Shown: positions 47,083-55,791, numbered from the stretch's first letter. The stretch is DNA of 64,000 nucleotides from an uncultured Candidatus Saccharibacteria bacterium (GCA_964655995.1 CAZZPK010000001.1:15283-79282), one strand, 5' to 3'. Notes: generated by a model not told the origin, from the sequence alone. Numbers and translations: made by a program.

Positions 47083-48316
47083 CTGCCAAAATCATAAACC
47101 AGGACAAGGTATTTTCAATGGCGGCACCCAAAATACCAAAGCGCGATACCAAAACAAAAGTCAGGATCAAAGTGATAATGTTACCACTGATAGTTATGTA
47201 ATAAAGGATCCGGGTATTTTTTTGGATTTGAAAATAAAGCGAGGATAGGGCAATACCCGGTAAAGCCACTAGACCCAGAATGTAAAGTTGAGAGTAAAAT
47301 ACCGCGTCTAAATATTTAGGAAATAATAATTTAAAAATAGACGGAGCCGCGGCCATATAAAGTACGGTGATCCCTGTAGCGATAATCGTTAAACGGATCA
47401 TTTTATCGACAATGCTGGTGCGTAGCTGCTGTGGATTGGCTGCCGCATACTTAGGCAAGGCTAAATTAAATAGATTTTTAAAGCTGCCTTTAATCTGCTC
47501 CGGTATTGCTTGGGCAAAAGAGTAAATGGCGAGCGGTAAGGCGCCAAATAGTTGGAAGATGATGATTTTATCGAGTTGATTGGCGACTGTGCCGATAATA
47601 TTCATCATCGTCAGGTGCTGGCCATAGGTGAGTGTCTCTGGTCGAAAGGCTGCTCGGCCACTAACTTGGCGGTTGACCTGCCAGTAAAAAAATGCATTAA
47701 ATATCAGGTTGGTTGTAAAATAAATGGCGATTAAAACCAGCGGGTTATCTGTTGCGAACATGGCCAATACCAAGAGTAGTGCTGTTGCTAGATAAGTCGC
47801 GGCCCAACTACTAGTGGCTAATTTAAAATTTTTACGCCCATTCCAAAAACTACTGTAGAGTCCAAAGGCATTGGTCAGCGGTAAGGCTATGCCCACCAAA
47901 CCTAGGCTGCCGGCTAAAATTAAATTACCCTGATACCAGTAATAAAAAGCGACCACCCAAGCTACCAACCATGGCAGAGCGGCAAATTGGACCGCTTTTT
48001 TAAAGGCAGCCCGTAAAATTGCTTCTTCACCAGCAGCCACGCCTTGGATTACAGCTGTGCCCATGCCCGTGAGGGTAAGCGCGCCGATAATACCGGCAAC
48101 CGACAAGACGTATTTATAAATACCGTAACTTTCTGGAGTAAGTAGATTGGCAAAGGCCAGTGATAGTCCAAAGGCGATTACGGCGCCCCAGATTTGCCCG
48201 CTTCCAAGCCACAACCCGCCGCGAGCCAAGTAGACCATATCGGTTTTGGTGTATTGCTCGCTGGCTCGGAGACCGCGATACAGCTTGTTTTTTAAGAATG
48301 AAATCATCTCTACCAT
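47009..48316 (-). CDS. Polysaccharide flippase (Wzx-like, MOP superfamily)
   Basis: About 12 TM helices, 435 aa. Sits between glycosyltransferase genes and the Wzy-like gene. 74-nt convergent overlap with 46363..47082. Confidence 0.65.
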   Translation of the reverse strand: MVEMISFLKNKLYRGLRASEQYTKTDMVYLARGGLWLGSGQIWGAVIAFGLSLAFANLLTPESYGIYKYVLSVAGIIGALTLTGMGTAVIQGVAAGEEAILRAAFKKAVQFAALPWLVAWVVAFYYWYQGNLILAGSLGLVGIALPLTNAFGLYSSFWNGRKNFKLATSSWAATYLATALLLVLAMFATDNPLVLIAIYFTTNLIFNAFFYWQVNRQVSGRAAFRPETLTYGQHLTMMNIIGTVANQLDKIIIFQLFGALPLAIYSFAQAIPEQIKGSFKNLFNLALPKYAAANPQQLRTSIVDKMIRLTIIATGITVLYMAAAPSIFKLLFPKYLDAVFYSQLYILGLVALPGIALSSLYFQIQKNTRILYYITISGNIITLILTFVLVSRFGILGAAIENTLSWFMILAVNLFFFATNKPAHEKTPESADHPN

Positions 48317-48337
48317 ACTAGCATTTTGGGATTTTTA

Positions 48338-48346
48338 TGCTATAGT
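48338..48346 (+). promoter_or_regulatory. Extended -10 (TGCTATAGT) 6 nt upstream of ATG 48353 (leaderless start of the Wzy-like gene)
   Basis: Sequence tttaTGCTATAGTtcgacaATGATG. Confidence 0.35.
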
Positions 48347-48352
48347 TCGACA

Positions 48353-50542
48353 ATGATGCTTAAAAATATTTTGCCGTGGGCGATTGTGGGCGGTATTTGT
48401 CTGCTTTCGGCCACTCCCTTGATCGTAGCGCCGGCGCTCTTCTTCCCATTTATTACCGGCAAAGCTTTCTTTTTTAGGATTGTTGTCGAGATTTTGTTCG
48501 GCTTGTGGCTGGTCTTAATTATTTTAGATAAGAATTATCGCCCCAAATCATCATGGCTATTGTGGTCGGCGCTTGCGCTCGGCGCTGTTTCTTTATTGGC
48601 GGCTTGGTTTGGAGTTAATCCTGGGCGGAGTTTTTGGTCCAATTTTGAGCGGATGGAGGGGGTTATCGGTCTGCTCCACATTATCGCGTTGTTTGTTGTT
48701 GCTGGCTCGGTAGTAATGACGCGGGCTTGGTGGCGACTGATTGTTAAAAGCTCAATCGTGATTAGTGCCCTAGTCTCGCTTTATGCCCTGACCCAGCTCT
48801 TAGGCTGGACGACAATTAATCAAGGCGGCGTCCGCGTCGACGCTACCTTTGGTAATGCCACCTATCTGGCTGTCTATCTGCTTTTTAATTTGTTTTTGGT
48901 TTTAATCGCTTTAACTCGCGTTTGGTCTATTGGCTGGCAGCGTTATTTTTTGGCCGGGTTGGCGGTCTTGCAATTGGTAGTGCTGTATTACACGGCGACG
49001 CGCGGTGTTATTTTGGGTCTGATCGGAGGTCTGCTACTGGCCGGTATCTTAATCGGCTGGCATTATCCGGGACGCTTGCGCAAGTTGGCAGTCGGCTCGA
49101 TTATAGCGCTGGCGGTTTTAATTGCCGGTTTTATTTTGTTCCGAGACTCCGATTTAATCAAAAACAGCCCGGTTTTGGGCCGATTCGCTGCGATTTCGGT
49201 CTCAGAGACCACTACCCAGTCCCGGCTAATTATTTGGCGGATGAGTTTGCAAGGTTTTAAGGAGCGGCCGTTGTTAGGCTGGGGACAAGAGAATTATGGT
49301 GTGGTTTTTAACAAATATTATGATCCGGCTTTATGGCGCCAAGAGGCCTGGTTTGACCGCTCGCACAATGTTTTGCTGGACTGGCTGGTAGCTACCGGCT
49401 TGCTCGGTTTAATCGCTTATCTCAGCTTGTTCGTTGGTGCGCTGTGGCTCCTGTGGCGCCGAGTGCCCGGCGATGATTGGCTCGGGTCGCCTTTGGCCAA
49501 AAGTTTGGCCACCGGCTTGTTGGCGGCTTATTTTTTTCAAAATCTGTTTGTCTTCGATAATCTCATTAGTTATATTTATTTCTTTTTATTGTTGGCCTAT
49601 TTGCACCAAGTCAGCCGCCTGCCCGCCTCCGCCAATGTTAACAATCAAGTGCCGGTTAAGCCGCTGGCCTGGTTTGGCGTTGCGGCGGCGCTGGCCCTGA
49701 TGCTAATTGTCGTTTATCAGGTAAATGCAACGCCGCTTAAAACCGCTCGCGGCCTAATCAAGGCGCTGTCTGCCGGCGATCCTAAAGAGAGTGTCGCTTT
49801 ATTTGAAAAAACGGTAGCTTACAATTCGTCAATCGGCGATCGCGAGATCAGGGAGCAGTTGCTTAATCGCGCCGAAGCCGTGTCGCGCGATGAGCGTCTT
49901 TCGGCGGCGGAACGGCAAGCGTTTTTGGGTTATGCCGCCGCGGAAATGGATAAAATAATTGCCGCCAATCCCGAAGATGCCCGCCTCCTTTTATTTGCCG
50001 GATCGTTCTTAAGTCGTTTTGGCAAAGTCGAGCTCGCGGCCGAGTATTTGGAGCGGGCCAGGATTGTGGCACCCAATAAGCAGTCGGTTTTGTTTGCCAT
50101 CGCTTCCAATTACCTCGCGAAAAATAATTACGCCGAGGCTGAGAAACTGATCAAACAAGCTTATGAGTCTGACCCAAGTTATCTTGAAGCGCGCAAATTT
50201 TACGGCTTGATCTTATTAATGAGAGGCAAAACCGAAGCGGCGCGAGAGGTGTTGGAGCCGGCATTCGGCACCATTGCCGTACCTGATCCGCAGTACATCA
50301 ACTGGTTTGCCCAAAACGGCCAATATGATCTGGTGTTGGCCGCTTGGCAAAAATTGGCCCCGGCCAATCCCGGCAACGTTCAATACCAATTCTCGCTCGC
50401 GGCCGCTTATTTGGCGGTGGGGCGTCGGGCCGAGTCGGTGGCTGTTATTAAGGATATTATGGCCCGTTTTCCCGATTATCAGGGGCCGGCTCAAAAATTA
50501 ATCGATGATATCAATGCCGGTCGCAATCCGCTGAGTCGCTGA
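48353..50542 (+). CDS. O-antigen ligase/polymerase (Wzy_C) domain membrane protein with C-terminal TPR repeats
   Basis: About 11 TM helices with RSHNVLLDWLVATGLLGL (Wzy_C motif). The C-terminal ~250 aa are TPR-like (AEYLERA..., AEKLIKQAYESDPSYLEA...). Confidence 0.7.
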   Translation: MMLKNILPWAIVGGICLLSATPLIVAPALFFPFITGKAFFFRIVVEILFGLWLVLIILDKNYRPKSSWLLWSALALGAVSLLAAWFGVNPGRSFWSNFERMEGVIGLLHIIALFVVAGSVVMTRAWWRLIVKSSIVISALVSLYALTQLLGWTTINQGGVRVDATFGNATYLAVYLLFNLFLVLIALTRVWSIGWQRYFLAGLAVLQLVVLYYTATRGVILGLIGGLLLAGILIGWHYPGRLRKLAVGSIIALAVLIAGFILFRDSDLIKNSPVLGRFAAISVSETTTQSRLIIWRMSLQGFKERPLLGWGQENYGVVFNKYYDPALWRQEAWFDRSHNVLLDWLVATGLLGLIAYLSLFVGALWLLWRRVPGDDWLGSPLAKSLATGLLAAYFFQNLFVFDNLISYIYFFLLLAYLHQVSRLPASANVNNQVPVKPLAWFGVAAALALMLIVVYQVNATPLKTARGLIKALSAGDPKESVALFEKTVAYNSSIGDREIREQLLNRAEAVSRDERLSAAERQAFLGYAAAEMDKIIAANPEDARLLLFAGSFLSRFGKVELAAEYLERARIVAPNKQSVLFAIASNYLAKNNYAEAEKLIKQAYESDPSYLEARKFYGLILLMRGKTEAAREVLEPAFGTIAVPDPQYINWFAQNGQYDLVLAAWQKLAPANPGNVQYQFSLAAAYLAVGRRAESVAVIKDIMARFPDYQGPAQKLIDDINAGRNPLSR

Positions 50543-50550
50543 TTTATTTT

Positions 50551-50706
50551 ATGCGCTATCTCTGGTTTACCGTTACCCTGATCACCGTGTGGCTCTCGGC
50601 GACGTTGTTGTTGGTAATCAATCAAGCGCCGAATGCGGAACTTATTTTTGGCAGTGCGATCGTGGCAACAATTGTGCTGGCTTGTCTCGGATTTTTATTT
50701 TCATAA
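50551..50706 (+). CDS. 51-aa two-TM small membrane protein (hypothetical)
   Basis: MRYLWFTVTLITVWLSATLLLVINQAPNAELIFGSAIVATIVLACLGFLFS. Confidence 0.3.
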   Translation: MRYLWFTVTLITVWLSATLLLVINQAPNAELIFGSAIVATIVLACLGFLFS

Positions 50707-50787
50707 GTTATCCACATTTTTTGTTTTACTATCGTTGTACTAATTTTTTTTTGCGCGATAATTAAAGCAAGGAGAGTGGTAGCCAGA

Positions 50788-50885
50788 ATGGTCGACGCTA
50801 CTTCATCACTTTAATAACCAAAACATAATATTATGGCTAAGAAAAAAGCTAAGAAGGCCAAGAAGTCTTCAAAGAAGAAATCTAA
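50788..50885 (+). other. Tiny two-ORF unit: SD-preceded 8-codon uORF (50788-50814, MVDATSSL) followed by a 17-aa Lys-rich sORF (50832-50885, MAKKKAKKAKKSSKKKF)
   Basis: AAGGAGAG Shine-Dalgarno sits 12 nt before the first ATG. An intrinsic terminator follows at 50918-50946. Confidence 0.3.
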
Positions 50886-50917
50886 GAAGCGCAAATAATT
50901 CCCTTATCGAAATAAAA

Positions 50918-50946
50918 ACACCACCGCTTATCGGGGGTGTTTTTTT
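50918..50946 (+). terminator. Rho-independent terminator (ACACCACCG-cttat-CGGGGGTGT + T7)
   Basis: 8 of 9 stem positions pair, followed by TTTTTTT. SecA begins 35 nt downstream. Confidence 0.6.
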
Positions 50947-50980
50947 GTGATATACTTGGCGCGTATTTATCGAACCGATT

Positions 50981-53440
50981 ATGTCTTTATTTAGCGCCAT
51001 TTTTGGCGATCCGAGCGAGGCTCTCTTGCGCCAATTGTCGGAAAAGGTGTCTGTTATTAACAGCTTGGAGCCGGCGTTGGCGGCGCTCTCGCCGGAGGAT
51101 CTTAAAGTCAAAACTGTTGAGTTTAAACAGCGCCTGGAGCGTGGCGAAAGTCTGGACGATTTGGCGCCAGAGGCTTTTGCGGTGGTCCGCGAGGCGGCCA
51201 AGCGGACCTTGGGCCAGCGCCATTACGATGTCCAATTATTGGGCGGTCTAGTTTTGCATCAGGGCGCCATCGCCGAGATGCGCACCGGCGAGGGCAAAAC
51301 CTTGGTTGCCACCTTGCCGGCTTACCTTAATGCTTTAGCCGGTCAAGGTGTCCACATTGTCACTGTCAACGATTATTTGGCTCGGCGCGATGCGGTGTGG
51401 ATGGGTCAAATTTACGATTATTTAGGCCTCACTGTGGCGGTGCTTAATAATCAAACTTCTTACTTATACGATCCCGCTCATCAAGCGGAGGACCAAGCGC
51501 GAGACGCCCAAGGCTCGTTCAGAGTTTTGCCTCAATTTTTGCGCTCCTGCTCGCGCCGGGAGGCCTATGCCGCCGATATCACTTACGGCACCAATAACGA
51601 ATTTGGTTTTGATTATCTCCGCGATCATTTGGCTTACAGCCAGAGCGAGGTGGCGGGCCGCTTCCGTGGTACGGCGCGAGTTTACCCTTTTGCCATCATT
51701 GACGAGGTGGACTCGATTTTAATCGATGAGTCGCGAACGCCGCTCATTATCTCGGCGCCGGTAGCTGATGCCGAGACTTGGTATGCCACTTTTGCCAATA
51801 TTGCCCGCACTTTGGAGGAGGGCGCTGACTTTACCATCGATCACAAGCTTAAAGCCGTCTCTTTAACCGAGGCGGGGATCGAGAAGGCGGAAAAAGCGCT
51901 TGGTGTTGATAATATTTATACCGACAAGGGCATTAAATACGTCCATCATTTGGAGACGGCCATCAAAGCCAAGGCGATTTATCAGCGGGACAAAGAGTAT
52001 GTGGTCAAAGATGGCGAGGTCGTGATCGTCGACGAGTTTACCGGCCGGCTTCAGCCGGGCCGGCGCTGGTCGGAGGGTTTGCATCAGGCGATTGAGGCCA
52101 AGGAGGGGGTCAAAGTCAAAGCCGAGTCGCGGACTTTTGCCACCGTGACTTTGCAAAATTACTTCCGGCTCTATCAAAAACTGGCCGGGATGACCGGTAC
52201 CGCCAAAACGTCGGCGGAGGAGTTCCGCAAAGTATATGGTCTTGACGTGGTGGCGATACCGCCGCATCAGACCTCGCGCCGCCAAGATTTGCCCGACATT
52301 GTGCTCCAGACGGAAGCGGCTAAATTTAAAGCGATTACCAAATTGGTCAAAGAGTTGCAGAACAAAGGACAGCCGGTGCTGGTGGGCACCGTCTCAATTG
52401 AGAAAAACGAGCTCCTCTCGGCTTACTTCCGCCAAGCGGGGATTGCCCATAAAATTTTAAATGCTAAAAATCACGAGGAGGAGGGCGCGATTATCGCCGA
52501 CGCCGGTGCCAAAGGCTCGGTGGTGATCGCCACCAATATGGCCGGCCGCGGCGTCGATATCAAATTGGGCGGTGCTGTGTCCGATGAGGACAAGGCGCGC
52601 GAGGTGAGGGACTTGGGCGGCCTTTATGTGATCGGCACCGAGCGCCACGAGGCCAGGCGTATTGATAATCAGCTCCGCGGCCGCTCGGGGCGCCAGGGCG
52701 ACCCGGGCATGACCGTTTTTTACCTCTCGCTTGAGGACTCGCTGATGCGGCTGTTTGGCTCGGAGCGCATTAAAGGCCTAATGGCCAAGCTCTCCATCCC
52801 CGAAGATGAGCCGATTACCCACTCGCTTGTTACTCGGTCGCTTGAGGGCGCTCAGCAAAAAATCGAAGGGCTTAACTTTGACGCGCGCAAGCATTTGCTC
52901 GAGTATGACGACGTGGTCAATCATCAGCGCCTAACGCTCTACGAGCGGCGCCAGCAAGTGTTGTTTGGCGGCTGGGTGGAGCTCGACCAGTTTATCGCCA
53001 AGGCGCTCGAGGCCCTGTCTTTAAGTGCTGAGGAAGAGGGTAATTTTAAGCAAATCTTACAGCAAAAAGAGGTGGAGTTTGGCCGAGAGCGATTGGCGGC
53101 GAGCGTCCGCGCCCTTATTTTACAAGTGATGGATATGTACTGGGTGGAGCATTTGGAGGCGATAGATTATTTACGCAGCAGCGTCCGCTTGCGGGCGTAC
53201 GGCCAACGCGACCCGTTGGTGGAGTTTAAGCGTGAGGGCCTCCGGCTCTTTAAAGATCTCGAATTTAATATTTTTGCCGAGGTGGTCAAACTGATCCCGG
53301 CTCTCGGCGCCGCTCCGGCTCGGGCTGAGGCAGTTAAAACAGTGGCTACCGGCCCAACCGAGCCTAGTACAACCGTCGGTAGGAATGACCCCTGTCCTTG
53401 CGGCAGCGGCAAGAAGTACAAAAAATGCCATGGCCAATGA
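50981..53440 (+). CDS. secA: Preprotein translocase ATPase SecA
   Basis: 819 aa. DEAD-like motor motifs (MRTGEGKTLVATLPAYLNAL, DEVDSILIDE). C-terminal zinc finger CPCGSGKKYKKCHG. Confidence 0.9.
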   Translation: MSLFSAIFGDPSEALLRQLSEKVSVINSLEPALAALSPEDLKVKTVEFKQRLERGESLDDLAPEAFAVVREAAKRTLGQRHYDVQLLGGLVLHQGAIAEMRTGEGKTLVATLPAYLNALAGQGVHIVTVNDYLARRDAVWMGQIYDYLGLTVAVLNNQTSYLYDPAHQAEDQARDAQGSFRVLPQFLRSCSRREAYAADITYGTNNEFGFDYLRDHLAYSQSEVAGRFRGTARVYPFAIIDEVDSILIDESRTPLIISAPVADAETWYATFANIARTLEEGADFTIDHKLKAVSLTEAGIEKAEKALGVDNIYTDKGIKYVHHLETAIKAKAIYQRDKEYVVKDGEVVIVDEFTGRLQPGRRWSEGLHQAIEAKEGVKVKAESRTFATVTLQNYFRLYQKLAGMTGTAKTSAEEFRKVYGLDVVAIPPHQTSRRQDLPDIVLQTEAAKFKAITKLVKELQNKGQPVLVGTVSIEKNELLSAYFRQAGIAHKILNAKNHEEEGAIIADAGAKGSVVIATNMAGRGVDIKLGGAVSDEDKAREVRDLGGLYVIGTERHEARRIDNQLRGRSGRQGDPGMTVFYLSLEDSLMRLFGSERIKGLMAKLSIPEDEPITHSLVTRSLEGAQQKIEGLNFDARKHLLEYDDVVNHQRLTLYERRQQVLFGGWVELDQFIAKALEALSLSAEEEGNFKQILQQKEVEFGRERLAASVRALILQVMDMYWVEHLEAIDYLRSSVRLRAYGQRDPLVEFKREGLRLFKDLEFNIFAEVVKLIPALGAAPARAEAVKTVATGPTEPSTTVGRNDPCPCGSGKKYKKCHGQ

Positions 53441-53843
53441 GATTTTGTTGCAGGTTGGGGTGAAGATTTTGATTAAAAATAAGGAAGGGAAGTATTTATT
53501 GTTGCGGCGGTCGGTGGAGAAGTATCCCGAGGTAGAAAATCGTTGGGATGTTGTTGGTGGGAGGATTAATGCTGGAGTAAATTTGCTCGAGAATTTAAAG
53601 AGGGAAGTTAGAGAGGAGACTAATTTAGAGTTGATCGGAGAGCCTAAATTATTGTCAGCCCAAGATATTTTAAAAAATCCAGGTAAACACGTGGTTAGAT
53701 TAACTTACCTCGGTGAGGCGGAAGGAGAGATCAAATTAGATGAAACAGAGAATGATCAATATCAATGGTTTGCTCTTGATGAATTAAAAAATTCGGAGGA
53801 TATCAATTTTTATCTTAAAGAATTAATAGATAGTAAATTTTAA
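53430..53843 (+). CDS. NUDIX hydrolase
   Basis: Nudix box GGRINAGVNLLENLKREVREETNL (GX5EX7REUXEEXGU). Confidence 0.75.
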   Translation: MANEILLQVGVKILIKNKEGKYLLLRRSVEKYPEVENRWDVVGGRINAGVNLLENLKREVREETNLELIGEPKLLSAQDILKNPGKHVVRLTYLGEAEGEIKLDETENDQYQWFALDELKNSEDINFYLKELIDSKF

Positions 53844-54083
53844 GTGTAAACTACTTTAATGGTCGTAGAATTAGTTTACATTCCTAATCTCGGACGGTCG
53901 TCAAAAATTAGGAATAGTTTAAAAATAAAATAAGGCGTAAGGGACAGGTGGTCGAAGTCCCAGTACGCCTACCATCAGCCTAAAAAGGCTTCAGGATTTT
54001 CCGCCGGGTGCTACGGCGGGGCCTAACGCGCTGCCGGAAGGAGAGGCTTTGGCTAGGTGATTTTATGCTACTATATTTAGATA
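53844..54083 (+). other. Structured non-coding segment: two AT-stem hairpins and one GC hairpin all displaying GGUCG in their loops, then two more GC hairpins
   Basis: Hairpin 53844-53881: GTAAACTA...TAGTTTAC. Hairpin 53881-53914: TTCCTAAT...ATTAGGAA; both loops are 18 nt and contain GGTCGT. Hairpin 53935-53969: GGCGTA-a-GGGAC...GTCCC-ag-TACGCC with a GGTCGA loop. Then CCGCCG-ggtgcta-CGGCGG. Confidence 0.3.
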
Positions 54084-54371
54084 ATGTCTGTCAATCGTAA
54101 GGTTTTAACACTTTGTTTGATTGTTAGCGAGGGGCGAGTCAATTTAGGGCTTAAAAAGCGCGGTTTTGGCGCTGGGCGCTTTAATGGCTATGGCGGCAAG
54201 GTCGAGTCCGGCGAGACGATTCAAGAGGCCGCTATCCGCGAGGTTAGGGAAGAGTGCGGAGTAGAGGTAAAAGAGTTGGAGCAAAGGGGTAAAGTCGATA
54301 AAAATTTTACCGGTCGATTTTTATTTGGCGACAATGATGTTATTCTAAAGCACGAGCTTAATTTACAATGA
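54084..54371 (+). CDS. Short NUDIX-box protein (95 aa, truncated relative to typical MutT-like enzymes; possible remnant)
   Basis: GYGGKVESGETIQEAAIREVREECGV is a Nudix box, but only about 35 aa follow it. ATGA overlap with dedA. Confidence 0.45.
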   Translation: MSVNRKVLTLCLIVSEGRVNLGLKKRGFGAGRFNGYGGKVESGETIQEAAIREVREECGVEVKELEQRGKVDKNFTGRFLFGDNDVILKHELNLQ

Positions 54372-55009
54372 TCGAGACTTTGGTCACTTTTATCCGTGAT
54401 GTTTTATTGCCGCTGGGGGCGTGGGGGGTTTTGGCGGGCGGTTTTTTGGAGGAGATAGTGGCGCCGGTGCCCTCCTCGCTCGTCATGCTCTCTTCCGGTT
54501 TTGTGTTTTTGACTTGGCCGCCGGGCGGGGATTTTTGGCTCACTTTACTTGTTCAAATTGTAATCCCCCTTACTATCGGCATTACGGCCGGCTCGCTCAT
54601 TTATTATTACCTCGGTTACTTTGTTGGCCGGCCGTTTGTTGCTCGTTTTGGCCGCTATTTGGGAGTCAATTTGGGCCATCTAGATCAATTTGAGCAAAAA
54701 CTTAAAAGTTCTTACCGCGACGAGCTGGTGTTACTTGGTCTCCGGATTGTGCCGGTGATTCCCAATATCGCCATCAATTTAGGATGTGGCTTGCTCCGCT
54801 ATCCTTGGCCCAAGTTTTTGCTGGTAATTGTCGTTGGTAGCGCTTTGCGGGCGGCTGGTTTGGCGGCGGCCGGAGCGGCAGTGGGCGAGATTTACGTCAA
54901 ATACGGCGCCGTTATCGACCAGTTTGAGAAGTTAGTTTTGGTTTTTTTGGTGGCGGGAGGATTGCTTTATTTAACTTGGCGGCGTAAGCGTTTACAAACA
55001 ACAACATGA
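54368..55009 (+). CDS. DedA-family (VTT domain) membrane protein
   Basis: LRIVPVIPNIAINLGCGLLRYPWPKF is a DedA signature. 213 aa with TM helices. Confidence 0.8.
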   Translation: MIETLVTFIRDVLLPLGAWGVLAGGFLEEIVAPVPSSLVMLSSGFVFLTWPPGGDFWLTLLVQIVIPLTIGITAGSLIYYYLGYFVGRPFVARFGRYLGVNLGHLDQFEQKLKSSYRDELVLLGLRIVPVIPNIAINLGCGLLRYPWPKFLLVIVVGSALRAAGLAAAGAAVGEIYVKYGAVIDQFEKLVLVFLVAGGLLYLTWRRKRLQTTT

Positions 55010-55791
55010 CCCTACTCCAAATTTTAATTTTAAGTGTTATTGAGGGGGTGACGGAGTTTTTACCAGTGTCCTCAACTGGGCACTTGATTTTGGCGACCAA
55101 GCTGCTTAATGTCACCGCCGCGCCGTTTGTTACCTCATTTACCATCGCTATCCAGTTGGGAGCGATTATGGCGGTGCTCATCTTGTATGGACGGCAATTG
55201 GCGGTTAATCGCCGCTTAGCCCTCCTGGCGGTGGCTGGGTTTGTGCCGACCGGCGCCATCGGCTTGGCGCTATATAGTCTGATTGTTAAAAAGTTGCTCA
55301 GTAGCCCCATGGTGGTTGTTTGGGCTTTGATCGGCGGCGGGTTGGTTTTGATTTTGTTTGAGTATTGGTATGGGCGGCGTTTTGCCGGCGCGACGACTAA
55401 AAGTTTAGGCGACTTGACGGTTAAAGATGCGCTCTTGATCGGCTTGATCCAGTCGGTGTCGGTGGTTCCCGGAGTATCGCGCTCAGCCGCCACTATCGTG
55501 GCTGGCTTGGTGCGCGGCTTTAGTCGCGAGGCGATAGTCGCCTTCTCTTTTTTGTTGGCGGTGCCTACTATGGCCGCCGCCACCGGCTACGATCTTTTTA
55601 AAAACGGTTTCGTTTTCACTAATGGCCAGTGGCTTACACTGGTCGGCGGGGCGATTATTTCTTGCGCGGTGGCGGCGGCGACTATCCGCTGGTTGGTCCG
55701 CTTTGTGGCCACCAACTCTTTTATTGTTTTTGGCGTTTATCGTATTATTATCGGGCTCATTTTTCTCTTTATTTTTACTGGTATTTTTTAA
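55006..55791 (+). CDS. uppP: Undecaprenyl-diphosphate phosphatase (BacA/UppP)
   Basis: MTLLQILILSVIEGVTEFLPVSSTGHLIL is a canonical UppP N-terminus. 8 TM helices. Confidence 0.85.
   Translation: MTLLQILILSVIEGVTEFLPVSSTGHLILATKLLNVTAAPFVTSFTIAIQLGAIMAVLILYGRQLAVNRRLALLAVAGFVPTGAIGLALYSLIVKKLLSSPMVVVWALIGGGLVLILFEYWYGRRFAGATTKSLGDLTVKDALLIGLIQSVSVVPGVSRSAATIVAGLVRGFSREAIVAFSFLLAVPTMAAATGYDLFKNGFVFTNGQWLTLVGGAIISCAVAAATIRWLVRFVATNSFIVFGVYRIIIGLIFLFIFTGIF

Noticed and set aside
53980-54060. SRP (4.5S) RNA, suggested by CCGGAAGGA and GGUGCUA motifs
   Set aside because: The conserved helix-8 AGCA/GGAA symmetric-loop pattern is not reproduced (GGAGAGGC instead of GGAAGCAGC), and the complementary strand does not fit either. 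Kept only as an unclassified structured region.
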